Part shown: positions 10,474 through 19,337 of the stretch, piece after piece
Layout: the number at the start of each line of letters is the position of its first letter
Numbering within the stretch: position 1 is the stretch's first letter
Assembly (NCBI GenBank): GCA_963761335.1
Contig: CAVXGR010000013.1
Location: forward strand, 192,001 to 256,000
From: an uncultured delta proteobacterium
GTDB lineage: Bacteria; Desulfobacterota; Binatia; HRBIN30; BPIQ01
Direction of reading: 5' to 3'
Length of the DNA: 64,000 bases
The notes under the pieces: generated by a model
Told to the model about the DNA's origin: nothing
Seen by the model: only the letters and a program-made list of their open reading frames with translations
The model's database searches: none
Program-made: the position numbers and the translations under genes

Positions 10474-10851
10474 ATGAAAGTTCAGGGAAACAAGGGCTTC
10501 ACGCTGATCGAATTGCTGGTTGTGGTCGCCATCATCGGCATCCTGGCGGCAATCGCCATTCCGCAGTTCGCCGCCTACCGCCAGCGCGGTTTCGATGCGC
10601 GCGCCAACTCGGATCTGCGCAATGCCGGGACGGCCGAGGAAGCCTACTTCGCCACCTACCAGGTGTACGTCGCCACGTCGGCTAGCGCCCCTGGCCCGGT
10701 CGCAGCGCTTCCGGGTCTGAGCCTCTCCCAGGGCGTGACCCTGACTATGGCTTTGGCTGGTACCACGGGCTTCACGGGTACCTCCAACGCCGGTGCCGCG
10801 GGCACGGGGAAGGTCTTCAGCTACAACAGCGCCAACGGTGGTATGCAGTAA
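10474..10851 (+). CDS. pilA: Type IVa major pilin
   Basis: Prepilin site KG|FTLIELLVVVAIIGILAAIAIPQF with E5; AGGAG RBS; own promoter and terminator. Confidence 0.9.
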   Translation: MKVQGNKGFTLIELLVVVAIIGILAAIAIPQFAAYRQRGFDARANSDLRNAGTAEEAYFATYQVYVATSASAPGPVAALPGLSLSQGVTLTMALAGTTGFTGTSNAGAAGTGKVFSYNSANGGMQ

Positions 10852-10875
10852 AGCTCAACCGTCCACCCCAGCCAG

Positions 10876-10910
10876 AGGGGCTCGGCCGCAAGGTCGGGCC
10901 CCTTTTTTTT
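10876..10910 (+). terminator. Rho-independent terminator after pilA
   Basis: GGGGCTCGGCC-GCAA-GGTCGGGCCCC followed by T8. Confidence 0.9.
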
Positions 10911-11008
10911 GCGCGCGGCCAACGGGCCGCAAGGCGCGGGAAGCGGGTGGATCGGCTGGAGCCTCGCCTCGAAATCCCCTCCCGAACGCGCTTGACCAGG
11001 GCCGCCGA

Positions 11009-11323
11009 ATGAAGCACCTTGCCGGGTCGAACATGCGCGCCGAGGCGAACAAGATGATGCTGGGTTTCGTGGTCCGCCGCTGTGCGGCGGAGCTCGGACA
11101 CGAGCCCAGTGCCGACGAGCTCGCGGAATGGGCGAACAACCAACGCGATTCCCGCGGTGAGTATCGCGTCTTCGGCCGGCCGATCTCCAAAGGCGAGGCG
11201 GGCGTAATCCTCCGCCATCCGCAGCGCCTGGTGGCGGTCCGCAATGCCGCCACACCTGCACAGCCGGATCTGCCGGCGCGCGCCAACAACGTCATCCGCT
11301 TCGACCTCAACCGCCGACGCTGA
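11009..11323 (+). CDS. Hypothetical protein
   Basis: 104-aa ORF with protein-like composition filling the pilA-hsp20 gap; no family recognised. Confidence 0.6.
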   Translation: MKHLAGSNMRAEANKMMLGFVVRRCAAELGHEPSADELAEWANNQRDSRGEYRVFGRPISKGEAGVILRHPQRLVAVRNAATPAQPDLPARANNVIRFDLNRRR

Positions 11324-11332
11324 TCCCCCTCC

Positions 11333-11379
11333 CTCGACACCTCGACCCCTCAACACCCAACACCTCATCACCTTGACAC
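11333..11379. repeat. Tandem 8-nt repeat (CTCRACAC-like, six units)
   Basis: ctcgacac ctcgaccc ctcaacac ccaacac ctcatcac cttgacac. Confidence 0.7.
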
Positions 11380-11515
11380 GTCGGTGGCGGTGATTACCTA
11401 CAGCCGCAGACAGTGATTCAGCAGGCGGCGACGGCGCAGATCGGCCGGGCACAACGCCGCCACAAATCAAGATACTAATTCTTGCGAGACCTCAGGGTCT
11501 CGAGGAGGAGGCATT

Positions 11516-11968
11516 ATGGCATTGCTGCGCTTTCGTTCGGGGTCTGATCCGCTGGATGACTTGCTCCGCCTGCAGCGGCAGCTCGATCAGTTCTTCGGGG
11601 CGGCGTCGATGGGCGGCTCCCTGGCGTTGCCGGGGCGCGGGGTCTTCCCGCCGGTCGACGTCTTCGACAAGGGCGACGCCGTGGTGGTGAAGACGGAGCT
11701 GCCCGGCATGAAGCTCCAGGACATCGAGCTGGTTACCGAAAATGACACGCTCACCATCAGCGGCAAGCGAACCATCCGCTTCGACGCGGAGAAGCCGCGG
11801 TTCCACCGCCGCGAACGCGATCAGGGCGAGTTCCGCCGGGTCGTGCGCCTGCCGGCGAAGCTGAACACGGAAGCCGCCAAGGCAACCTACGGCAACGGCG
11901 TGCTGACGGTCACCATCCCCAAGGCCAAAGAGTCCCAGCCGCGCCAGATCAGTGTTCAGGCAGCGTAA
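11516..11968 (+). CDS. Hsp20/alpha-crystallin small heat-shock protein
   Basis: FPPVDV, ELPG, LTISGKR, RRERDQGEFRR, ATYGNGVLTVTIPK; GGAGGAGG RBS. Confidence 0.95.
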   Translation: MALLRFRSGSDPLDDLLRLQRQLDQFFGAASMGGSLALPGRGVFPPVDVFDKGDAVVVKTELPGMKLQDIELVTENDTLTISGKRTIRFDAEKPRFHRRERDQGEFRRVVRLPAKLNTEAAKATYGNGVLTVTIPKAKESQPRQISVQAA

Positions 11969-11984
11969 GGGCAGGAGATTGAAA

Positions 11985-12386
11985 ATGGCAGAACACGAAA
12001 TCACTCCCAAGGACAAGCAGGAATTGAGGTCGGATGCCGAATCGACGATGCCGACGCGTACGTACACACCCCACGTCGACATCTACGAGACCGAAGCGGC
12101 GATCGTGCTCGCCGCCGACATGCCGGGCGTGGCGCCGCCGGACGTCACCGTCGACCTGCACAATCACCGCCTGCTGCTCGAAGGGCGAATCACCACGAAC
12201 GAGTACGACGGGCTGAGCCCGCTCTACACCGAGTTCAACGTCGGTCCGTTCCGCCGTGAGTTCGAGCTCGGCGAGGAGATCGACAGCGGCAAGATCAGCG
12301 CCAAGATGGCCGACGGTGTGCTCACCGTGACCTTGCCAAAGGCCGCCCGCGTGCGTCCTCGAAAGATCGAGATCGCCACCTCGTAA
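11985..12386 (+). CDS. Hsp20/alpha-crystallin small heat-shock protein
   Basis: PHVDIYET, ADMPGV, FRREFEL, AKMADGVLTVTLPK; AGGAG RBS. Confidence 0.95.
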   Translation: MAEHEITPKDKQELRSDAESTMPTRTYTPHVDIYETEAAIVLAADMPGVAPPDVTVDLHNHRLLLEGRITTNEYDGLSPLYTEFNVGPFRREFELGEEIDSGKISAKMADGVLTVTLPKAARVRPRKIEIATS

Positions 12387-12393
12387 CCGCAAA

Positions 12394-12465
12394 GGGGACC
12401 GGCGACTCTTGCCCCACGAAGTCCCGCGAGAGTAACGTTCGGACTCACAAGAGTCGCCCGTCTCC
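12394..12465. repeat. Long imperfect inverted repeat after the hsp20 pair (terminator/REP-like)
   Basis: GGCGACTCTTG (12401-12411) ... CAAGAGTCGCC (12448-12458) with an inner AGTCC/GGACT pair. Confidence 0.6.
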
Positions 12466-12547
12466 GCCCTGGTGAAGCGCCGCACGCCGTGGTACGTGGG
12501 CCGGCGAGAGGGTGGTCAGACACCGCCCCCGCAGGTCGCAAGCAGAT

Positions 12548-13651
12548 ATGGCAAGAAGGCGCGTGGCGCTCGTCGGCGGGGGCACTGCCGGCCACGTCTC
12601 ACCCGCGCTGGCGATCGCCGACACCTACCGCAACACATTTCCCGACGTCGACATTCTGTTCCTCGGCACGGCGGAGGGAATGGAAGGACGTCTGATACCG
12701 CCTCTTGGCCACCGCCTCGAGCTGATTCCCGGTGCGCCGCTCTTCGGTGCCGGCGCCGGTGACAAGGTGCGCGCCTTCCGCTCGCTGGGCTCCGGCATCG
12801 TCGAGGCGCGCCGGCGGCTGCAGGCACACGGCAGTCGTCTGGTCATCGGCCTGGGCGGCTACGCCTCCGCAGGTGCCGTCCTCGCCGGCCGCAGCCTGCG
12901 CCTGGGCACGGTCATTCACGAATCGAACGCCGTGCCTGGGCTCGCCAACCGCATGCTCGGCCCCTTCGTCGACTGTGTGTATCTCGGCTTCGAGGACGCC
13001 CGCCGCCGACTCTCCGCCCGGCGCATACAGGTAACCGGCATCCCCGTCCGCGCCGAGATCGCCGCCGGCCGGGGGCTCGCCCGCGCTCTACCTGCCGCCG
13101 GCGACCCTCTCCACCTGCTGGTTCTGGGCGGCTCGCAAGGCGCGCCGTTCCTCAACTCCGCGGTACCCGATCTGGCGCGCTGGCTGCTTTCCGCGGGGCT
13201 GCGCCTGCAGCTTCACCACCAGGCCGGCGACTTCGATCCGCAGCCGGTGCGCGCCGCCTACGCCCGTGCCGGGATCGATGCCGTGGTGGAACCGTACATC
13301 GCCGACATGGCGAGCGCCTACGGAGACGCGCATTTTGCGATCACCCGCTCCGGAGCGGCCACCCTGGCCGAGCTGGCGGCCAGTGGCCTCCCCTCTCTGG
13401 TCGTGCCGCTGCCCAACTGCGCCGCCGATCACCAGACGGCCAACGCCATCGCCTTCGCCGCAACGGGCGGCGGACAGTGGGTTGCCGAGAGTCGCTGGGA
13501 TCCGGTGGACCTCGCCGGTCGTATCGCCTCCCTGCTCCGCGACCGCACCGCCTGGGATGCCGCCTCGCAGGCCGCCCGCCGCTTCGACACTCCGGACTCC
13601 GCGGAGCGCGTCGTCGCCGCTTGCGAGGCGTTGATGCGCGGGCGCTGGTAG
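12548..13651 (+). CDS. murG: MurG-family GT28 N-acetylglucosaminyltransferase (outside a dcw cluster)
   Basis: GGGTAGH, GLGGYAS, HESNAVPGLANR, TGIPVR, GGSQGA, RSGAATLAEL, DHQTANA; no other mur/fts genes nearby, so it may be a paralogue. Confidence 0.8.
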   Translation: MARRRVALVGGGTAGHVSPALAIADTYRNTFPDVDILFLGTAEGMEGRLIPPLGHRLELIPGAPLFGAGAGDKVRAFRSLGSGIVEARRRLQAHGSRLVIGLGGYASAGAVLAGRSLRLGTVIHESNAVPGLANRMLGPFVDCVYLGFEDARRRLSARRIQVTGIPVRAEIAAGRGLARALPAAGDPLHLLVLGGSQGAPFLNSAVPDLARWLLSAGLRLQLHHQAGDFDPQPVRAAYARAGIDAVVEPYIADMASAYGDAHFAITRSGAATLAELAASGLPSLVVPLPNCAADHQTANAIAFAATGGGQWVAESRWDPVDLAGRIASLLRDRTAWDAASQAARRFDTPDSAERVVAACEALMRGRW

Positions 13652-13677
13652 CCCCCTTTGCGCCTGAGCTGGCCGCT

Positions 13678-16629
13678 CTACTCCAGCGCCTCCCAATCGA
13701 TCTGCCAGGTCTGCACGCGCGTGCCGGCGGCGGAGCGCTCGTCGATCTTATGGAAGTAGCGACAGTAGCGCCCGTCCAGATAGAGAAGCTGCACCAGTGT
13801 CGAGCGGATCAGCGCCGGCAGGCCGATGGCGATTCGCTGGTTGGCAAGATCGATGAGCACACCGATCTCGGGATGGTCCGGCTCCGGCAGCGACGCCTGC
13901 CGCAGCTCGTCGGCGGCCACGACCACCGACGCCGCGGTCGCCGGCTCGGCTCTGGCCGCCAGCTCTTCGCCCGTGCGCCGGCGCACCAGCAGCTGCCCGA
14001 GCTCCGGCGCGCCGGGATTGAAGACAAAGGCATCGAGCATGCTTGCCTCGGCGCCAATCGACTGCCCGATGGGACAGACCACACGCTGGCCGCCGGCGGC
14101 GGCGCGGCAGGATATCCACGACGAGAGGCGAGCGCCCGACGGCGTCAGCGGGCGAATCTCCGGCAGAGTGCCTATGCCCCGCCGCTCGGCGCTGGCGGCG
14201 AATTCGGCGAACGCCTCCGGCTGCGTATAGCGAAGTCGCCGCATGAGCCTGGAGAGCGTCTCCATCCCGGAGCCGCCGCCGCTCTGCGCCAGCCACTCGT
14301 CGCGCATGTCCCAGCTGCCCAGACGGATCAGGATGTCGGGCGACTGCAGCTGCTCGTCGCTGATCACCAGGTACGCGGGCCGTGGCCGGCAGTGGGTCGA
14401 CTGAAGTACGGCGTCTTGCTGCGCAGCCGTGAAGCCGCGCCGCTGCAGATACGAGCGCGCCTCGTCCTTCGATAGCTTCGCCAGATCGGCGACCACGGCG
14501 TACGCCATCACCTCATCTCCGACGGCGGCAACGGCTCTGGCGTAGGCGCCGCGGCGGCCTTCCGGCAGAGGTCGCGCATCCGAGCCGCAGTCGAGCATGC
14601 GCAGCAGCCCGGCACTCTCCCGCTCGCTTCCGGACAGGAGCGCCCGTGCCATCCAGGGATGCACGCGGATCTGCAAGCTGGCGCCGTCCGCGGTCACCGG
14701 CCGCTCGGCCACGTACTTCACCCAGTAGCCGTAATCCCACCAGGTATTCACGAGAGCATCCGCGGGCGTGTGGTCGCGAATGTTCTCGAGCGCCTGCCAC
14801 CAGGCATCGTTCATCGCCGGGATGTCGGCTTCCGCGACCGACACGGCGAGGCGCAGCGGTGGGATGAGAAGCAGTGCCATGCCGCCGAAGAGCGCCGCTC
14901 CCACGAAGCGGTATGGCGTCGCCCTTGCGGGCGCGATCACCCCTCGCATCCATGCGCAGAGACAGCCGCCGGCCGCGGCGGCGGCGACACCAAAGGGGGG
15001 CGCCATCAGCAACAGGAAGCGGATGGCGTCGACGCCCCACCAGGCGCCGGCACCGCACCAGGCGAGCAGCAGCACAGCGGCGCTGCGCCGCGCTGCTCCC
15101 GGGCGCGGCGAGCGATCGAAGATGTACGCCAGCGCCGCCAACAGCGGCGGCACCACCAACCCTGCCAAAAAGGCGGTGCGACCGAGCTCGGCTCGGCTCG
15201 CCACCCAGGCGACCGCCGCGGCGCCGACAAGCAGAACGAGCCAGTGCACGGGCCGCCAGCGGCGCCGCGGCAGCAGCAGAAAGGTCGGCCCGAGAAAGGC
15301 GGCGGCGAAGACGAGCATTCCGCCCAATGCCTCGACCATGCGGCCCAGAGTCGGCGTCTTCAGCTCTTCCACCGTGGAGAACATGCTCGGCCACCCGGGC
15401 TTCCAATCCGCCGAGCCCGTACCGGAACCCGTCGCCGAACCCTCTGCCGCACCCGTAGCCGCCGGGGCCGCGCTCCTCCCGATTCCCACGGCCGCGGCCA
15501 CCCCCCGCCAGCCACCGCTCGCAAGCCGAGAAAAGGCGCCGGGATTGCCGATCAGCACCGCCAGGAGTGCGCTCGCAACGACGAAGACGGCAGCCACCTC
15601 GACCGCATGGCGTGCCGGGCGCGAGTGCCACAGGCGGATGGTCCCCTGGCGCACGCCATGGCGGAGCGCATGCATGAGCCCCGCCGCCCCCAGTCCGGCG
15701 ACAGCGGCCATCGGGGTGAACAACCATCCCGCCCAGGTGGCGGCGTGGAGAGCCGCAAAGAATCCAGCCACCGTCGCCCAGAGTAGGCGACGCGGGCGGC
15801 GCGGCGCGGCCAGCGCTTCGACGACCGCCCAGACGACGAACAGCGGCAGGACCGTGTTCCAGGCATCGTTGTCGGCGCCGATGCCGCGGCTCAACAGCAC
15901 CGACGGCGTGGCGGTGAGCGCCGCGGCAAAGAGGCCGGCCAGATCGCCCGCCAGTCTGCGGCCGAGAAAGAAGGCCGGAATTACACCGAGGGCGACGACA
16001 ATCACCGGCACCCAGTAAGCGCTGGCGGGAAGCGGATGGCGGGGATCGAAGAGAGAGAACAGCCGGTGTACCGCAACGATCGCGGCGATGTGGAGCGAGC
16101 GGCTGTACTGCATCTCCGCACCCACGGGGGCGTCGGTATAGGTGTCGCGGCACACCCCGCCGACCACCTCGTCGCACGTGGTTCCGTGCCGCAGGAAATT
16201 ACGCGCTGAGCGCAGCCAGGAGTAGCTGTCGGAGCCGGGAAGATAGACGTACGAGCGGCCGTCGGCGCCCGGATAGCGCAGCAGATCGCGGAGCTGCTCC
16301 GACAGCTCGCCGCGGCGCTCCTCGTAGAGGGCGCGGTTGGCGGCGATCCACTGTGTGGTGCGCGCCTCCAGCGCCGCCTCCCATCTGCCGCGCTCGATCT
16401 GGCGCGGCAGAGTGCGCGCCAGATCGGGCGCCAGCCGGTTGGCAATCTCGCGCCGCATGAAGGCATCGGCGCGCTTGTCCGTCTCGCGCAGCTGCAGCGG
16501 CAGGAGCCAGATCCATATCACCAGAGCCATCACCGCGCCGATCAGTAGCCACGGGAGCAATGCTCGGCGACGCCGCCGGGTCGACTTTCCGCCGCGGCCG
16601 CCCGGCGCCGTTCCGGATTCGCTTGCCAT
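13678..16629 (-). CDS. STT3/AglB/PglB-family oligosaccharyltransferase
   Basis: Multi-TM N-terminal region with GSDSY, DND and TVEE motifs, then WWDYG and RPVTADG in a soluble C-terminal domain. Confidence 0.9.
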   Translation of the reverse strand: MASESGTAPGGRGGKSTRRRRRALLPWLLIGAVMALVIWIWLLPLQLRETDKRADAFMRREIANRLAPDLARTLPRQIERGRWEAALEARTTQWIAANRALYEERRGELSEQLRDLLRYPGADGRSYVYLPGSDSYSWLRSARNFLRHGTTCDEVVGGVCRDTYTDAPVGAEMQYSRSLHIAAIVAVHRLFSLFDPRHPLPASAYWVPVIVVALGVIPAFFLGRRLAGDLAGLFAAALTATPSVLLSRGIGADNDAWNTVLPLFVVWAVVEALAAPRRPRRLLWATVAGFFAALHAATWAGWLFTPMAAVAGLGAAGLMHALRHGVRQGTIRLWHSRPARHAVEVAAVFVVASALLAVLIGNPGAFSRLASGGWRGVAAAVGIGRSAAPAATGAAEGSATGSGTGSADWKPGWPSMFSTVEELKTPTLGRMVEALGGMLVFAAAFLGPTFLLLPRRRWRPVHWLVLLVGAAAVAWVASRAELGRTAFLAGLVVPPLLAALAYIFDRSPRPGAARRSAAVLLLAWCGAGAWWGVDAIRFLLLMAPPFGVAAAAAGGCLCAWMRGVIAPARATPYRFVGAALFGGMALLLIPPLRLAVSVAEADIPAMNDAWWQALENIRDHTPADALVNTWWDYGYWVKYVAERPVTADGASLQIRVHPWMARALLSGSERESAGLLRMLDCGSDARPLPEGRRGAYARAVAAVGDEVMAYAVVADLAKLSKDEARSYLQRRGFTAAQQDAVLQSTHCRPRPAYLVISDEQLQSPDILIRLGSWDMRDEWLAQSGGGSGMETLSRLMRRLRYTQPEAFAEFAASAERRGIGTLPEIRPLTPSGARLSSWISCRAAAGGQRVVCPIGQSIGAEASMLDAFVFNPGAPELGQLLVRRRTGEELAARAEPATAASVVVAADELRQASLPEPDHPEIGVLIDLANQRIAIGLPALIRSTLVQLLYLDGRYCRYFHKIDERSAAGTRVQTWQIDWEALE

Positions 16630-16702
16630 AGAGAAATCGCGCGCAGGCTACGCCATGCCGCCAGCGCAGACAACGTCTCCCAGAGACAGATAGGACAATC
16701 CT

Positions 16703-16771
16703 CACGCAACGACGCTACGGCGCAACGCCGTGTTCCGGAGATTCCGCATTGCGTCGTAGCGCCGTTGCGTG
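16703..16771. repeat. Inverted repeat built of 8-nt units between divergent genes
   Basis: cacgcaac gacgctac ggcgcaac gc ... gcattgcg tcgtagcg ccgttgcg tg. Confidence 0.75.
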
Positions 16772-16874
16772 AACGAGCCTTCTTTGCCTCCTTAGCCGAT
16801 CGCAGCGGAGAAGCAGAGCGGCTCTGATTGCCGCTTGCCTTCCACCTCTGCCGCCGGATATCTCGTGGGAATCG

Positions 16875-18017
16875 ATGCGCCCGACAAGTTTCGTTTGCCG
16901 ATCGCTGCCCTACGCGTTCGTCGCCGTTCTCGCCTGCGTCGCGGTCCCGCACGCGCACGCCGGCACCACAGCGGCGGTGTGCGCTGGCGACTGCAACAGC
17001 GACGGCACAGTCAGCCCGGTGGAGCTCCTCCAGGGGATCGGAACGATCTTCGATCCGACCACCCTCGACGCCTGCAGCGCCTTTCAGAGCCAACAGGGCG
17101 CCATTCCCGGCAGTGCCGACCTGCTGCTGGCAGTGCGACACGCCGGCGAGGGATGCCTGCCCTTCGTCGCCCCCTTCGGCGTCTACCGCACCTATCCCGG
17201 CTTCGACGTCGAGCTCCCGGTGCCGGGGGTCGATCCCGACCGGGGCCCGCTCGTCTACTCGACCCCCGGGCTGCCCGATGGCGCCCTGCTCGACCCGAAT
17301 CTGGGAATCCTTTCCTGGACGCCGAGCATCGACCAGCTCGGGCCCTTCTATTTTCCCGTCGACGTGGCCCGAAGCGGCACGCCGGAGGTGTCGACCCAGG
17401 GCACGGTCACCTTCAAGATCCTGCCACCCGACACTTGCGTCGACCCCAACTGCGATCCCGCCGCCGGCTGCTCGCCGGCGCTCTTACCCCTGGATCAGCT
17501 CTGCTGCGGCGATTTCGGAGGGCAGGATCCCGAGCTCCGCGTCGCCGAGCCCCTTTTCACGGAATGCCCGCAGGGGCGCGTGCTCTTCGTCGGACGCAAC
17601 CGCAACGGCACCGGCTTTGGTCGGATGCGCAATTGCGACCGAATCCAGATCCTCGGCGGCGGGCAAACTCAGAAGCTCATCCAATTCAACATCGAAGCTC
17701 GCTGCATGCCGATCCTCCCCATGCCACTGATCCTTACGGTGAAGATGACAGCGCAGTTGACGGAAACCTCGACCTTGGATTTCCCGACCTACTCAGCCTA
17801 CTTTTCGCCGCAGCTTTGCCCCAGGGATGACGGTACCGGATTCGGGTATAAGAAAGGACTTGCCTACCCCCTGCCGGGCGCGGTTCCCGAGCTCGAGGGG
17901 AAGGAGGCCGAATTGACGGTGACGCTTCAGGATCGCACCAATCTCGACGTGAGCGTAACCCGCAAGTTGCGCGTCATCCTGACGCACCAGGACATTCCCT
18001 CCCTGCCTGATCTCTGA
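16875..18017 (+). CDS. Secreted Cys-rich protein: dockerin-like N-terminus plus putative Ig domain
   Basis: Signal peptide (AHA|G); CAGDCNSDGTV; DPDRGPLVYS-GLPDGA-LDPNLGILSWTP (He_PIG-like). Confidence 0.78.
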   Translation: MRPTSFVCRSLPYAFVAVLACVAVPHAHAGTTAAVCAGDCNSDGTVSPVELLQGIGTIFDPTTLDACSAFQSQQGAIPGSADLLLAVRHAGEGCLPFVAPFGVYRTYPGFDVELPVPGVDPDRGPLVYSTPGLPDGALLDPNLGILSWTPSIDQLGPFYFPVDVARSGTPEVSTQGTVTFKILPPDTCVDPNCDPAAGCSPALLPLDQLCCGDFGGQDPELRVAEPLFTECPQGRVLFVGRNRNGTGFGRMRNCDRIQILGGGQTQKLIQFNIEARCMPILPMPLILTVKMTAQLTETSTLDFPTYSAYFSPQLCPRDDGTGFGYKKGLAYPLPGAVPELEGKEAELTVTLQDRTNLDVSVTRKLRVILTHQDIPSLPDL

Positions 18018-18112
18018 TGAGGCAGCTTACCCGGCTGAGCTCGCTGATCGAAAGAAAAGTCGCCGCAGGGAGCAGAGACACAGAGTTGGCGCGGAGAAGA
18101 GCTGAAGGCCGG

Positions 18113-19246
18113 ATGTCTACGGCGATACGCCGAACTCGCCTGGTAGTATTTGCGGGCGCTGTCTTCTCTTTGCTGATCGCACTGCGCGCCGATGCCGGAA
18201 CGACGCCTGCGGCCTGCGCCGGCGACTGCAACGGCGACAGTATGGTCAGTCAGGCAGAGCTCCTGCAGGGCATCGGAACCATCTTCGATCCGGCAGGGCC
18301 CGACGCCTGCAGCGCCTTCCAGGCCCGGGGAGGCAGCGTCCCCGGAGTTGCCGAGTTGCTGCTCGCCGTGCGCCACGCCGGCGAGGGATGCGTCCCCTTC
18401 ATCGCCGACAACGGAGTGTACCGCACATATCCTGGGTTCGACGTCGAGCTGCCGGTGCCGGGCATCGATCCAGACCGGGGTCCGCTCGTCTATTCCTCCG
18501 ACGGATTGCCCGCTGGTGCTCAGCTCGATCCGCAGCTCGGGATCCTCTCCTGGACGCCCGGCATTGACCAGCTCGGGCCGTTCTACATTCCGATCGGCGT
18601 CGCACGAAGTGGAATGCCGGAGCTGTCCAACCAGGGCGTGGTCATCTTCAAGGTGATGCCGCCCGACACCTGCGTAGAACCCAACTGCAACCCCGCAACC
18701 GGCTGCTCTCCAACCCTCAGACCTCTGGAACAGACCTGCTGCAGCGATTTCACCGGGCAGGACCCAAATGTTCGCGTGGCCGAGCCGCTGGTTACCAGCT
18801 GTCCAGAGGGGCGCGTTCTGTTCATCGGGCGCAATATCAGCATCAGCAGCTTTGGCCGAATGCGCGATTGTGATCGTCTGCAAATCGTGGGCAGCGGGCA
18901 AAGCGGCAAACAAGTTCAATTCAACATTGAAGCACGCTGCATGCCCGTCCTCATGCCACTCACGTTGACCGTGAAAATGACAGCGCGGCTGACGGAGACC
19001 TCAAACCTCGATTTTCCATCCCGCGCGTTGTCTCCGATCGTTCTGATTCCACGGAGCGACGGCACAGGATTCAGCGACAAGAAACGGCTCGCATATCCGT
19101 TGCCGGGCGCCGCACCTGAGCTCGAGGGCATGGAGGCCGAGCTGACGGTGACGCTCGCCGACCCCAACAATCCGGACGCCAGCGCCAGCCGTTCATTGCG
19201 CGTCGTTCTGACTCACCAGGATATCCCCCTCTTGCCCGACCTGTGA
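18113..19246 (+). CDS. Secreted Cys-rich protein, tandem paralogue of 16875..18017
   Basis: Signal peptide (ADA|G); CAGDCNGDSMV; same Ig-like and C-terminal domains with long identical stretches. Confidence 0.78.
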   Translation: MSTAIRRTRLVVFAGAVFSLLIALRADAGTTPAACAGDCNGDSMVSQAELLQGIGTIFDPAGPDACSAFQARGGSVPGVAELLLAVRHAGEGCVPFIADNGVYRTYPGFDVELPVPGIDPDRGPLVYSSDGLPAGAQLDPQLGILSWTPGIDQLGPFYIPIGVARSGMPELSNQGVVIFKVMPPDTCVEPNCNPATGCSPTLRPLEQTCCSDFTGQDPNVRVAEPLVTSCPEGRVLFIGRNISISSFGRMRDCDRLQIVGSGQSGKQVQFNIEARCMPVLMPLTLTVKMTARLTETSNLDFPSRALSPIVLIPRSDGTGFSDKKRLAYPLPGAAPELEGMEAELTVTLADPNNPDASASRSLRVVLTHQDIPLLPDL

Positions 19247-19252
19247 AGAGGC

Positions 19253-19332
19253 AGGTTGTTGGTTGTGGAGTTGTTAGGTTACTGGGTAAAGCGCACCCGC
19301 CCAACAGCGCAACAACCAACAACCTAACAACT
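19253..19332. repeat. Inverted array of 7-8-nt (GGTTGTT/AACAACC) repeats between convergent genes
   Basis: aggttgtt ggttgtg gagttgtt aggttact ... ccaacagc gcaacaac caacaac ctaacaac. Confidence 0.75.
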
Positions 19333-19337
19333 TGCCT

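Noticed and set aside
10474..10851. Pilin as the substrate of the nearby OST
   Set aside because: The pilin has no N-X-S/T sequon.
11373..11400. Sigma70 promoter at TTGACA upstream of hsp20
   Set aside because: TTGACA is part of the octamer repeat and no good -10 box lies at the right spacing.
16875..19246. Possible diversity-generating retroelement (template/variable repeat pair)
   Set aside because: No reverse transcriptase; both copies are full genes and the differences do not look adenine-specific.
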